64,000 bases of DNA from a virus, in IMG/VR virus record IMGVR_UViG_3300050120_000213, positions 1 to 64,000 of that record; one strand, written 5' to 3'. Below are positions 45,990 to 56,100 of the stretch, in pieces; position 1 is the first letter of the stretch, and each line of letters begins with the position of its first letter. The position numbers and the translations under genes are program-made. The notes under the pieces were generated by a model. That model made no database searches, had not been told where the DNA came from, and saw nothing but the letters and a program-made list of their open reading frames with translations.

Positions 45990-47410
45990 AGCTGCACCAC
46001 GCTAATAGCTGCAGCCGTGGTAGAAAACGAGGATTCTAGGTCACCCACAATAATGTCGGTACCAGATTCCGGGGCCGTGATAACACCATTGACCGTTACA
46101 AGGAAGGTCAAGCTGATCAACAGTTGGGCTGGCAGAATGCTCGCCACCGCCGTCTGGAATATGCCCTGCAAATCCAACAAGTTTAGCGGCTGGCCCACCG
46201 TGATGTTATTGATATACGCAACCATCGCGGGCTGAGCTAACGAGGCCACCGCAGCAGGGGCCACAAAATTACTGGAAATAGTGTTCCACGTCGCAGTCAA
46301 TCCCACGACTTGCTGGGGTGGATTAACAAACGGCACGGTGTAGGTGTTGGGGTAATCGTTTATGCTGACAGTGATATTCCGCAAGTTCGGGGTTACAACC
46401 CCACCACTCACATACGCCCCGAAACTTGTAGTGTTCTCCCCAACGCTAAAGGACGTCAGAGACAACACAGTGATTGTCAGATTGACGCCATTCAAGGCGG
46501 TCATACCAACAATGCCGTTGATTTGAATCACCTGACCGGTAGCGAACCCGTGGGTTATGTTGGTGGTCACCACCCCAGGGTTTGCTTGGGTGATGTTAGA
46601 CACCGTGAGGGTGGATCCCACCAAATTCGAGATGTCACCTATCCCCGTAAATATGGCGAACGCCACCTGATAGGGATCCCCACCACCGACAATCACTTCC
46701 CACTGACCAGTCTTCTGTAAGACTGACACAAGGTTAGGTTGCACTCCAGGCACGGCCTGAATGGCGGTACGTAGGGTCGTAGCCATGCCTTGGCATTGAG
46801 CTAACCCGGCTTGTACCACTCGGGCTTGGTAGGCTTCAATACTTTCCCCACTTGACCCAGGTACCCCAGCAATCGGGTTGGTTACCGTCAACGTGATGCC
46901 AGCAGGCACCGAACTTTTGATTTGTACCACAGTGTTGGCGGGAACCGCGAATGACCCGGACAAGATAGCTAAGCAAAAAACTGCCCCAGTTTGCCCAGAA
47001 CTCGCAATAATGGCCGCATCCTGCACAACGTACTGGTAAGAGCCGTCACTAACGGTAAAACCTTTTGATATAACAAAGCCAGCGGGGCCAGTAAAAATGA
47101 CGTTCACGCCGGTATTAAACCCAACCCCCTGGGGGATTCCTGCCTGTTGACCGAGCTGAGTCAGGATAAACGGGTTAGCCGAGGTGGGGGAGACCGAATT
47201 AATTGTCTCAACAAACGCAGCATCACAGAGCGCAAGCGCCCCTACATCGGTGCTGCTGATGTCTTCGATCAGCGTACCCGGTAAATTGGCGGTGTATCCA
47301 GGGTTAGAAGCGGCAACGTTAGCCAACAGTTGTGCCAACAAACTGGTCGGACTCTGGGGTTGCACACCAGCAGGTGTCATTACGATAGGGATCGTGCTCG
47401 GTGTGCTCAT
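45986..47410 (-). CDS. Baseplate J-like protein with inserted beta module
   Basis: Size, position and TVTNP...G...ES-x3-Y-x2-R motif. Confidence 0.75.
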   Translation of the reverse strand: MSTPSTIPIVMTPAGVQPQSPTSLLAQLLANVAASNPGYTANLPGTLIEDISSTDVGALALCDAAFVETINSVSPTSANPFILTQLGQQAGIPQGVGFNTGVNVIFTGPAGFVISKGFTVSDGSYQYVVQDAAIIASSGQTGAVFCLAILSGSFAVPANTVVQIKSSVPAGITLTVTNPIAGVPGSSGESIEAYQARVVQAGLAQCQGMATTLRTAIQAVPGVQPNLVSVLQKTGQWEVIVGGGDPYQVAFAIFTGIGDISNLVGSTLTVSNITQANPGVVTTNITHGFATGQVIQINGIVGMTALNGVNLTITVLSLTSFSVGENTTSFGAYVSGGVVTPNLRNITVSINDYPNTYTVPFVNPPQQVVGLTATWNTISSNFVAPAAVASLAQPAMVAYINNITVGQPLNLLDLQGIFQTAVASILPAQLLISLTFLVTVNGVITAPESGTDIIVGDLESSFSTTAAAISVVQL

Positions 47411-47504
47411 TAAGATGGCCCGATAGTTATGGTCTTCCAAGTGTTAGGAGCATAACATTTACGGCATCTCGTCTGGAAGCCCCGCTGCAATTGATTGCAA
47501 ACGC

Positions 47505-47846
47505 CTATCCCGGAATAACGGCGTTGAACGTAGTACCGTTAAACATCAATATTTGGATGTTATACGTGGGAGTTGGGGACGCCACTTTGCTAATGATCAA
47601 GCTGGCGAAGTACTGTTGAAATTGTGCCTGTACTTGGGACACGTACCAATCGGGAAATATTTGCTGAATTACGGACTGGACTGCGGGGATGCCCCAGTTG
47701 GCGTAGAACGGGCTTTCCCCCGTCACCAGCTTAAGGACTTGGATAAGCTGGGTGATGTACACGTACTCATTGCTGCCCTGGGCGTCCGTTTGGACTATTT
47801 GCCACGTGGGCACGCCATTCACAAGGGATCTTCCATATACGCGCAT
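47505..47846 (-). CDS. Baseplate sheath-initiator-like protein
   Basis: L-x3-GESPFYANWGIP. Confidence 0.65.
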   Translation of the reverse strand: MRVYGRSLVNGVPTWQIVQTDAQGSNEYVYITQLIQVLKLVTGESPFYANWGIPAVQSVIQQIFPDWYVSQVQAQFQQYFASLIISKVASPTPTYNIQILMFNGTTFNAVIPG

Positions 47847-47892
47847 AGTGGCTCACCAAATCTTGGTTAGGTACTTTTGCAATCAATTGCAA

Positions 47893-48381
47893 TCAGGGGT
47901 TGACGGCGAACATACCACTGTCAGGCAAGTAGATAAAAGTGCTATTAAAGTACCCTGCTGTCATGCTCTGGTTATAAATCACCGACCCACCCACAGAAGA
48001 CGGGTCCAATTCCGCTGGAAGTTGATAGCTGAATTGCGTGTTAGTTAGGATCGAGCAATTAAACGCCCCGTTGTACCCAGAAGGAGTTGCCCCAGAAATC
48101 ACCAGGGGCACAATAGTACCGATCCTAAACGTGTGGGGCACAGTCGTAGTCGCCACCGCAATATTAGCGTTAGCTGTAATCGAGCTTATAACATACCCTA
48201 GGGTGGACCCAATCAATGGCCTGCTGACTATTAGCGTTCCCGCCACAGAGTAAATATTGACGTAATATCGCGCCCCAAACAAATTCCAGGTAACCACCAC
48301 GTTATAAAGCTGGTTGTCGAACGTGGCTGGAAACTGAAAATTCTGGTTTACCGAGGGAGTAAAAGGCGTGAAAGTAGTCAT
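47893..48381 (-). CDS. Baseplate plug-like protein with inserted beta module
   Basis: WN-x4-RYYVNIY...PLIGS; synteny. Confidence 0.55.
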   Translation of the reverse strand: MTTFTPFTPSVNQNFQFPATFDNQLYNVVVTWNLFGARYYVNIYSVAGTLIVSRPLIGSTLGYVISSITANANIAVATTTVPHTFRIGTIVPLVISGATPSGYNGAFNCSILTNTQFSYQLPAELDPSSVGGSVIYNQSMTAGYFNSTFIYLPDSGMFAVNP

Positions 48382-49130
48382 ATTATGCTGCTCACTGAAC
48401 CAATAGCTGACGACACAGTTGAACTCGCGGACCCAACCAAACCACTCACAGTGGAGGTGATGCTACCCGCCGCGCCTGTTACGGCGCTAGTGACTGTCGA
48501 AGCCAGCCCAGACCACGAGGGGGTTAGGGACGTCGGCAGACCGCCAGCAATCTTATTCATTAACGAATTATAGACTTGCTGGGCTTGATTAAGCGTCACC
48601 AGGGGTTGCACAAAATCAAACTGCCACGTGTGCTGTACCTGTTTCGAATCGCCGCCCGACACGTCGCGCACGCTCACCAACAAGCAGTTGGTCCAAATCT
48701 GTGACGGGGTAGCAATCGTATATGTTCCACCAGCGGCGTTATGTTGCAACAACGTTTGTTGCAGGACGGTCAGGGTGGCGAGCTTCGTTGTGTAACCCCC
48801 GCTAGCTTGCACGGGGCAGTCCATCAACATGGAAACCGTCAAAGGCTGGGCAATGATCGCGTTGCCAGCCACCGCCTGATTAGCAAACGGGTACGTGGCA
48901 ACTTGATTTGATATCAAAGTCGTGCCCGGTAGTGGTTTCCAGTGTGCAAAAAACTGATCTAAGTCAGGCACGCCATTACCACTGAGTAGCCCCAACGTGA
49001 AATTGGCGGCCTCGGTAATAGCTACGATAGGCAGCATTTGCCCCGGGATCTGCGACGCAATCCCATTCACCATGATAATTGGGGAAATCTGATACCCCAA
49101 CTTGAAGATTTCCATCCCTAGTGAACTCAT
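48378..49130 (-). CDS. Tail/baseplate protein (tube-initiator-like)
   Basis: Synteny; C-terminal WQFDF-x-QP. Confidence 0.55.
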   Translation of the reverse strand: MSSLGMEIFKLGYQISPIIMVNGIASQIPGQMLPIVAITEAANFTLGLLSGNGVPDLDQFFAHWKPLPGTTLISNQVATYPFANQAVAGNAIIAQPLTVSMLMDCPVQASGGYTTKLATLTVLQQTLLQHNAAGGTYTIATPSQIWTNCLLVSVRDVSGGDSKQVQHTWQFDFVQPLVTLNQAQQVYNSLMNKIAGGLPTSLTPSWSGLASTVTSAVTGAAGSITSTVSGLVGSASSTVSSAIGSVSSII

Positions 49131-49162
49131 TCCTGCCCCTAGCTAAATTGCAATTGATTGCA

Positions 49163-49894
49163 CTACGTTCCTGCTACTGGTGCACTGGTATCTGTACCCG
49201 GTGCCGAGGAAACATGTACGTGATCGATTAGGGAAATCCCCCCAGCAATCACATCTCCTATCACCGTAAGTGGGCCATTTAATGAGGCGTTATAGGCGGT
49301 TGCCCCTTCGCCTTGACTAAGCTGCCCATCTAAAACAATGGAGGGCACTTTAAGCGTAACGGTAGAGGGGGCAGTCATCGTAATACTACTCCCGTCCATT
49401 GCTACCGAGGTACTACCAATCGTCGCCACAATCGAAGTCGGGTGTAGCACCACTGTAGCCCCACTCCCAGTATCACGAATCGTCACCCCATTAGGGGCAT
49501 AGATTGTTACTTGAGCCGGATCGACCGCTACCCAATTCTTATTGCCTAGGGGCATAAAGAAAATCGATTCTAAATTCCCAGGGGTGGAGAGATCAGGAAT
49601 ACCGCCACCTTGTCCACTGGTATATCCGAGTCGCGCATCACAGGGAATAACAACCCCGAGATCGGTAGCTTTAATCGGGTAGCGAACGTACTCAGGCCCA
49701 AACAGGGGAATCGTCACGGTGGGCAGGGTATAAAGCCCACTAACATCAAAGGCCACTGTGATTAGAGCACCCTCTACTGCTATGACGTGGCAAGGCAGTG
49801 CTTTCCCCGTCAACTGCACGGCGTCCATAATCTGGGCCGTTACGCCTGCTGGCAAACTGCGAGCAAGCGGGGTTTTTAGATGGTCGGTTGCCAT
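49163..49894 (-). CDS. Baseplate spike protein
   Basis: N-terminal OB-like region, beta repeats, terminal ISL-x2-HVH...T-x2-P. Confidence 0.75.
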   Translation of the reverse strand: MATDHLKTPLARSLPAGVTAQIMDAVQLTGKALPCHVIAVEGALITVAFDVSGLYTLPTVTIPLFGPEYVRYPIKATDLGVVIPCDARLGYTSGQGGGIPDLSTPGNLESIFFMPLGNKNWVAVDPAQVTIYAPNGVTIRDTGSGATVVLHPTSIVATIGSTSVAMDGSSITMTAPSTVTLKVPSIVLDGQLSQGEGATAYNASLNGPLTVIGDVIAGGISLIDHVHVSSAPGTDTSAPVAGT

Positions 49895-51117
49895 TATTGA
49901 GTAAACCCATAAATGTTATTGCTGGCGTTCTTATAAACAAAAGGCAGCGCCGCCACGGGAGAAGTCGAAGCCTGCAAAAAAATTAAATCATACAATGTGC
50001 ACCACGCAGTACCGGAGGCATTACGACTGTCGCCAACGTGCCGCACGCTTTTTACAAAGAAAACCCCAGAAAACACGGACCCGTCTTTCTGGGTGCTGTT
50101 AAACGGGTTCGTGCCCGCCTGAGAAGCCGCGCCACCTGTAATGGTGCCTTGTGCTGGCGGTAGCTTGATGTAATCCCCAGCTTGAATATCAGCCCTTAAC
50201 ACCGTTGTAACTTGTACCTCCCCTGGGGAATTCCAAGTCGGCTGCCCGATCATGTCTTGGAACGCAATGGGGATTGGCGTTGTCTGGGTGCTGTTATCAT
50301 TAACGTAAAGAACCCCACCTTGTAGGAGGATACTTATCCCACCATACGTGGAATTCTGTGCCGTGAAATAGATGTTATTCGCTGGGGTAGGGCCAGCAAT
50401 AATGGAAACGCTCACGTCGTTAATAAACTGTGCGAACTGCTGCAACGTCTGGAAATACCCGACCTTCGCAGCGCCTGAATTCCAAACCAGATTTGCATTT
50501 ACTTCCCCCGCCACATTCAGTTGGGGAAATGCAGTGCTCAAAGTCGTGGTGATAGCCTGCATGATGGGCTGGCCTTGCTGCCAATTGAAAATCAAATTGG
50601 CCGGGGTATCGCCAGTTACCGGGATCAGACCAGCAGCCCCACCAGCAGCTTGGCTATAGGCTGTAGCTGATCCCCCCGGGATGATGTACGCACATAACGA
50701 TTGCTCGGTGCCGATCCAGTTACCAAAAGCCCGTAAGATCTGCCCGCTAGTAATCAACCCTGTTTGTTGCGGGTTCGCCAACGGCAGGCCCTTCGCCATA
50801 CCGGCTTCTACCGATATAAATTTTCCATTCAGGTACGAAGCTTGATTGATCTGAGCCAGCGGCACGCCGTAAATCTTAACGTATGGGCTAGCCTTAGTAT
50901 AAGGAATGTGCATAGCGGTTGTGGATATATCCACCTCCACACGCTGCGCAGCCAAGTTACTACCACCCACGGAAAACACCGTGGCTTGAGGATTTAGCGT
51001 GGTCCAAGTACTAGCGTTTGGGTCGGAGCTAAGAGAGAACCCCACGTTTTGCACAGGGCTAGGCACCAGAATTTTTCCGGTGGAGGGGTCAACAACCTTG
51101 ATTCGATAATAACGCAT
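49894..51117 (-). CDS. Baseplate hub protein
   Basis: MRYY-x-I, AGM-x-KGLPL, IGQP, VRHVGDSR...W-x-T. Confidence 0.7.
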   Translation of the reverse strand: MRYYRIKVVDPSTGKILVPSPVQNVGFSLSSDPNASTWTTLNPQATVFSVGGSNLAAQRVEVDISTTAMHIPYTKASPYVKIYGVPLAQINQASYLNGKFISVEAGMAKGLPLANPQQTGLITSGQILRAFGNWIGTEQSLCAYIIPGGSATAYSQAAGGAAGLIPVTGDTPANLIFNWQQGQPIMQAITTTLSTAFPQLNVAGEVNANLVWNSGAAKVGYFQTLQQFAQFINDVSVSIIAGPTPANNIYFTAQNSTYGGISILLQGGVLYVNDNSTQTTPIPIAFQDMIGQPTWNSPGEVQVTTVLRADIQAGDYIKLPPAQGTITGGAASQAGTNPFNSTQKDGSVFSGVFFVKSVRHVGDSRNASGTAWCTLYDLIFLQASTSPVAALPFVYKNASNNIYGFTQ

Positions 51118-51124
51118 AGTGTTT

Positions 51125-53023
51125 TTATTGAACTAGGCTTGCGCCAGTCACAGAAACATCGGCACCAGGGGCGGTGTTTACCGTTACCCCGATGTTTTGC
51201 TGGGGTGTAACGGTGTTATTTGCTTTTCTAGGGGCGTCTTGGTCATTGTTCATACGCGGGCCGAAAATCTGATTGCCACCCCCCTCACGGAACAGGCTCT
51301 TGATGTAGTTGGCGTATTCCGTCATCTTTACGGACGCGGCACTAGGTGGCACTCCGGTGTGGTTGGGAGTTTGCGTAGCTGGCTGCACTCCGGTAGGAGT
51401 GGGAGTTTGCGTAGCTGGCTGGGCGGCAGAATTAGAGGGATCGTAATCCGCTAAGTTTAAGTCCACCCCATACGCGTCATACTTATTCAAATAATCTGAG
51501 GTTTCTTTCGGCAAAAACTGATCCCACTGGTCGCCATGCCCAGCGTGCCACACACCTTTCTTATCCTTGTACCCGTTGATATCCTTGTCGAGATTGCCCT
51601 CACCCCAATCGTAAGCGGCGAGAGCTTTTCTCATATCCCCGAACTTGGCAAGATCGTGCTGCAACAACTTTTGGGCAGCACCCCGTGAAGCCTTTTCATC
51701 AAATGGGTCAACTCCGTACTGCTTAGCAGTATCGTCCATTAACTGATAGGCCCCCTTAGCATGGCTATTGGGGTTTTCTGCGTTGGGATTATTGTCACTC
51801 TCAATGCCCTTGACCGAATCGAGCAGTGCGTTCCAGCTACTAGTAGCCCCACCAGCCGAGGGGGCAAGCCCTTCTGGTTGTCCCGCTTCAGTGTGATTTT
51901 TCTTCCATCCACCCAATACGTTATCCCAGATCCAGTCCCCAGCTTTTTGAAATCCACCCACTACGCCAGGGGCGTAAGGCTCGCCCTCTTTGTGGGGTGG
52001 AGACGCAACGGCATCAACTAAATTTGCAGCGCCTGCTATCAAGCTGACGCTAAGTTTAGTGGCAGCATCAGACCAGCGATCTAATGCGGGGGTGAGCTTA
52101 ATAACAGCAGCATCAAACGCGGTTTCGATTTCTTTGAAATTGGCAGCTTGGTGCGTGTCAAACGCGCTAGCTTCGTCAGCCTGTGATTGGCTAACCCCCA
52201 TTTCTTTCCAATGCGAATTGAATTGATCTTGCGCTTTGTCAAGTTCGCCGCTATTAGCGTACGAACCCAGGTTCCGCATTTGGTCGGGGCTGTAGAAATT
52301 CGTGTAGCCGAACGCCTGCGCTTGTGTCAGCGCAAAAGCAGGGCTGGTCTTTTCCCATTCGGAATACTGCTTGCCTACGCGCTTAGCGAAGTCAAACTGT
52401 AATTCTTCAGCGTCTTCGCTGTTGATTTGCTTGCTGGTGATGCCAGCATTCAAGAGTGGAGTTTGCTGAGTAACGTCTTCCTTAGCGTTTTCCATTGACT
52501 CTAGATCATTGGAATTTAAGCCAAATCTCTTGAAAAATGTGTTGAAAGCGGATTCTTTGCCGAGTTCGAGACCTAGACCACGACTGGAGGAATTCTGGGC
52601 GGCCACGCTACTGGCGGAAAGTAACGTGCTGCCGAATATCGTCGCGCCCAGCCCACCAATAGCCCCGGCCAAACCACCAAACGCCGAGAAATTGATCGAG
52701 CCGCGCACCAGACCTTGCATGAATTTGGAGCTTTTCTCGATTTCTTTCGAGATATTGCCCCACGACTTCTCGCTGGCCTTAGCGTTCTTGGTGATGAGAT
52801 CGAAAGCACGGGGTACAGCAGGGTCTTTCGCACCCTTTTGTACCCTATCAAAAGCAGTCCCCGCCGACTCAAACGCGTTCTTAACCCCGCCGATTTCTTT
52901 ATTGACGGATGCCCAGGCTTCGGGGTTGTTCTTTAAATGTTCGCGGTAGGCGTTGAATTTATCCGCAAACACGTCAAAGTCTTCGCTATCGACTTCGATC
53001 TTGATAATTGGTTTATCAGCCAC
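51125..53023 (-). CDS. Tape-measure protein with lytic transglycosylase domain
   Basis: IES...AKGAYQLM-x2-TA, ALAAYDWG-x-GN, ET-x2-Y; follows the chaperone. Confidence 0.8.
   Translation of the reverse strand: MADKPIIKIEVDSEDFDVFADKFNAYREHLKNNPEAWASVNKEIGGVKNAFESAGTAFDRVQKGAKDPAVPRAFDLITKNAKASEKSWGNISKEIEKSSKFMQGLVRGSINFSAFGGLAGAIGGLGATIFGSTLLSASSVAAQNSSSRGLGLELGKESAFNTFFKRFGLNSNDLESMENAKEDVTQQTPLLNAGITSKQINSEDAEELQFDFAKRVGKQYSEWEKTSPAFALTQAQAFGYTNFYSPDQMRNLGSYANSGELDKAQDQFNSHWKEMGVSQSQADEASAFDTHQAANFKEIETAFDAAVIKLTPALDRWSDAATKLSVSLIAGAANLVDAVASPPHKEGEPYAPGVVGGFQKAGDWIWDNVLGGWKKNHTEAGQPEGLAPSAGGATSSWNALLDSVKGIESDNNPNAENPNSHAKGAYQLMDDTAKQYGVDPFDEKASRGAAQKLLQHDLAKFGDMRKALAAYDWGEGNLDKDINGYKDKKGVWHAGHGDQWDQFLPKETSDYLNKYDAYGVDLNLADYDPSNSAAQPATQTPTPTGVQPATQTPNHTGVPPSAASVKMTEYANYIKSLFREGGGNQIFGPRMNNDQDAPRKANNTVTPQQNIGVTVNTAPGADVSVTGASLVQ
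51342..51421 (-). repeat. 36-bp tandem duplication in the tape-measure gene
   Basis: Encodes QPATQTPTPTGV-QPATQTPNHTGV. Confidence 0.7.
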
Positions 53024-53185
53024 GGCGGTTTCCTATTCGTGCAATCAATTGCAAAACTTAGCGCCCCCGCTTAGACTTCAACGCCGCCAAAATGTAACGC
53101 TGTCGGTACTGCTGGGCCTCTATAAAACCAAAATCATAAATGGACTGGCCGAAGAACTGTTCGAATCCTTCCTCACTTACCCATG

Positions 53186-53746
53186 TCAGGATGGTACTGA
53201 CGAGACTATCGGCGTCACGCCAGTACTGTCTACTGGTGTCAAGGTCGGCAAGGAAGCTTTGTACGCGGTACAGTCCAACGACGTAGTTTGCCCATCCCAG
53301 AATTTCGTCATCCCAGCTAAAGCTTTTACCTTTTCTGGCGTTCTGTGCATGACAGAAGCCAAAGTAAAAAAAACTAACGCATTAGTGACCTCCGACACTT
53401 CGCTATCGTTCAACAGGTTTTGCCGGGTAGCCTCGTACATGGGCAATGTGTTCCACCCGTTATCGCTGGGTAGCATCACGTTAGTCAGGCGATAAATTTC
53501 ATTCATCAAACCCTTCTCGACACCCTCGGGGCCTCCCCACAAACCGTCTTCGATGGAGACTTGCTTTAAGATCATGTACGCCACGCGGGGGCCAGCCAAC
53601 GAACCCAGCCCCTCGGCGTACACGCGCGCAAAGGCTTTCGAGATTGGCAGAAAGTACTTTTCGAAAATCGCATACGAAATCGGGGTTGCGTGTACCCAAC
53701 CGCTCTCTAGCGGGATAACGAGATTCAGGGCTTTGTCGATTTTCAT
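53186..53746 (-). CDS. Tail assembly chaperone, probable -1 frameshift extension to 53058
   Basis: Between tube and tape measure; -1 frame open from about 53380 to TAA at 53060-53058. Confidence 0.65.
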   Translation of the reverse strand: MKIDKALNLVIPLESGWVHATPISYAIFEKYFLPISKAFARVYAEGLGSLAGPRVAYMILKQVSIEDGLWGGPEGVEKGLMNEIYRLTNVMLPSDNGWNTLPMYEATRQNLLNDSEVSEVTNALVFFTLASVMHRTPEKVKALAGMTKFWDGQTTSLDCTAYKASLPTLTPVDSTGVTPIVSSVPS

Positions 53747-53772
53747 TTGGTCTCACTCATTGAGTACGAAGT

Positions 53773-53792
53773 AAAAACCCCCGTTAGGGGGC
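53773..53792 (-). terminator. Intrinsic terminator after tail tube gene
   Basis: CCCCC-TAAC-GGGGG-TTTTT. Confidence 0.7.
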
Positions 53793-53822
53793 TTATGGAC
53801 TGCTGCCCAACTGCAGGCTATG

Positions 53823-54269
53823 TTACAGCAAATTCCAGAGCGCGTTATTCACCAGCCAGTAGCCGCGAATCGTGACGGCAAACCCCGCATCTTCACCGCT
53901 AAGATTCAATTCACGAACCCCTTCGAGGGCGCAGTTCACAATCGGAAACACCGGTAGCGAGGTGGTGTCGGTAATCACCGTACCATTGCCCAGAACCGTG
54001 GTGTCCTGCATCTGGGATTGGTACTGTGCGGCGAGACCATTGGTTTTCAAGATGTTCATGGTGAGCGTGATCATCTGATACGGCTCGGGGGACGTGACCG
54101 CCCCCGTCATCGTCTGCACAAAGGTCGTCGCCTCACCGTCAAGGGCCAACCGGATGCCTTCTTTATTCAAGAATGGCGCGGTGACGTTGAGGTTTGGAAA
54201 ATCAGTCCAAACCACACTCGCCCGCAACCGGTTAAGCGTGCCCTGGGGGATAAGAGGATTCGTAGCCAT
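53823..54269 (-). CDS. Tail tube protein
   Basis: 148 aa directly after the sheath; biased codons. Confidence 0.65.
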   Translation of the reverse strand: MATNPLIPQGTLNRLRASVVWTDFPNLNVTAPFLNKEGIRLALDGEATTFVQTMTGAVTSPEPYQMITLTMNILKTNGLAAQYQSQMQDTTVLGNGTVITDTTSLPVFPIVNCALEGVRELNLSGEDAGFAVTIRGYWLVNNALWNLL

Positions 54270-54283
54270 GATCTAGTTACCCT

Positions 54284-55663
54284 TTAAGCGATGTTCGAAA
54301 CATTCAGGTTGAACAAGATCTGTTCAAATCCGCGAGCAGGCGTGTACAGGGCAGCCATACCCCCGTAGATACCCTCAGAGAACGTGCTGGGGTTAGCCGC
54401 CGTCCACGTTGCAAACGGTATCGCATTGACCACCACGTTACCGACGTACAACCCTGCCGACACGTTGTTAGCAAACGTGGTCGGGTCAAGCTGGGTTTGT
54501 ATCAACTGACCCAGTGCCAGCCCGAACGAAATGGCTTGCTGCATAGTCTGCACCGCCGACGCCTGCAAGCGATTCACGCCTTGCTGGTCGTAGTACAGCG
54601 GGTTGATCGTGGTATTCGAACCGTTAATGATCGTGTTCGAAATATTCAGGTCAAGGTTAATCTGTGTCCAATCAGCCGAATACCAGTAGTTCCACGGGTT
54701 GCCGTCAGGCATATTGCCCCACTGCAACATGGTATTGCTGATACCCCCTTCGGCACCGGTCGCCACGAAGTTGACGTTGCTCGACTTGAACGAGGTCAAT
54801 TGCGGCCCAGTCCACGTACCAGCAGTCACACCCACGAGGAACGTGAAGCACAGCGGCGGTACTTTGTTCGAAGACGAGGGATTCGCATTCAGCGTGGCCC
54901 AAAACATCGCCGCCATACTGTACTCATCAGCGGGCAGTGCCGGGGTCACCGATTCGATCATGACCGGGCAGCACTTGTTCAAGCCGTTGCTGGTCAGGCT
55001 GGCGAAAGTGCTGAGCGTCACCGTGGTGTAGAAATACACCTTGGCGGTGGTGGAATTGAAGTTAGCCACGAACGGGGCGTACGTCGCATCGGCATCCCAA
55101 CCACGCGGGATTAGATACGAGTAGAAGAAACCCGGATTTGCGATGATGTACGCGTCGAGCGCGGCAATACCAGCGGCGGCAGTGTTCGGACCCAACTCCA
55201 GCACATACACCGAAAGCTGCCCCGGCTGGTCATAAAACGTGTTGACCATCGCGCTCAGCACCGAAGTGTTCGTCGCTACCACCGTGCCTGCAACAGTCTG
55301 CGTGCCCGGGTTAGCCACCAACGCGTAGGTGAAGGTCGTCGTGCTGGCAATCGTACACGCGAACGTGCCGTTATAACCAGCAGGGGTTACACCAGCGACC
55401 GTAAGGTTGATAGTCTCCCCGACAGGGTATCCGTGGGCCACCGCGCACGTGGCCGTCACCACAGACGAGAGCCACGTCAAACTGGTAATCGCCTGTGGTG
55501 TAGGTAACAGCGGCGTCAGGTCGCCTTGTGCGGTTAGCAGGCTGTACGTGCCCGTGGGCAGATTAGTACCCCCCTGCGAGATCAACGCGCCTGTGCGCTG
55601 CAGCTTATTCGGAGCAGGCGCAATCGTCTGTGATACGTTAACTTGTACGATGGCGTTAGTCAT
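54284..55663 (-). CDS. Tail sheath protein
   Basis: 459 aa; WY-x2-DW-x-QI, NPLYYDQ-x-G-x2-RL; synteny. Confidence 0.7.
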   Translation of the reverse strand: MTNAIVQVNVSQTIAPAPNKLQRTGALISQGGTNLPTGTYSLLTAQGDLTPLLPTPQAITSLTWLSSVVTATCAVAHGYPVGETINLTVAGVTPAGYNGTFACTIASTTTFTYALVANPGTQTVAGTVVATNTSVLSAMVNTFYDQPGQLSVYVLELGPNTAAAGIAALDAYIIANPGFFYSYLIPRGWDADATYAPFVANFNSTTAKVYFYTTVTLSTFASLTSNGLNKCCPVMIESVTPALPADEYSMAAMFWATLNANPSSSNKVPPLCFTFLVGVTAGTWTGPQLTSFKSSNVNFVATGAEGGISNTMLQWGNMPDGNPWNYWYSADWTQINLDLNISNTIINGSNTTINPLYYDQQGVNRLQASAVQTMQQAISFGLALGQLIQTQLDPTTFANNVSAGLYVGNVVVNAIPFATWTAANPSTFSEGIYGGMAALYTPARGFEQILFNLNVSNIA

Positions 55664-55701
55664 TGCCGATCCTTATATAGTGGGGGGTTCTAAGCTGGGG
55701 C

Positions 55702-56067
55702 TTAAGCAAACGAAACTGAAGCCACGCCCGCCGTACCGACCACAACCACAATACCGTTTGCGCACGGCCAGTCGAGATCAACGATCTGTCCTTCGGTGGT
55801 GGTAGCTGCTTGCCAAATCAGCGTGGCGGCACCAATACCTCCCACAGTGGCGGTGTCATAAACACCACACACACCGGTAGCAGCGGTGGTAAAACTCACA
55901 CGCGCTACACGACCAGCAGCGGCCTTGACCACGTTGTTGCCAGCGGCAAGATTAAGCTTTGAGCTAGTACCACCACGGGTCACGCGAAGATCACCAGCCG
56001 CGCCAACATTGGTGGTAACCAGTGCGCCAGCGGGATTCTTGGAATTCAGATTCAACGGGGTTTGCAT
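55702..56067 (-). CDS. Small beta-rich virion protein
   Basis: Composition and position. Confidence 0.55.
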   Translation of the reverse strand: MQTPLNLNSKNPAGALVTTNVGAAGDLRVTRGGTSSKLNLAAGNNVVKAAAGRVARVSFTTAATGVCGVYDTATVGGIGAATLIWQAATTTEGQIVDLDWPCANGIVVVVGTAGVASVSFA

Positions 56068-56100
56068 TTTGTGGCTCCTAAGAAAATACTAATGAAATTA

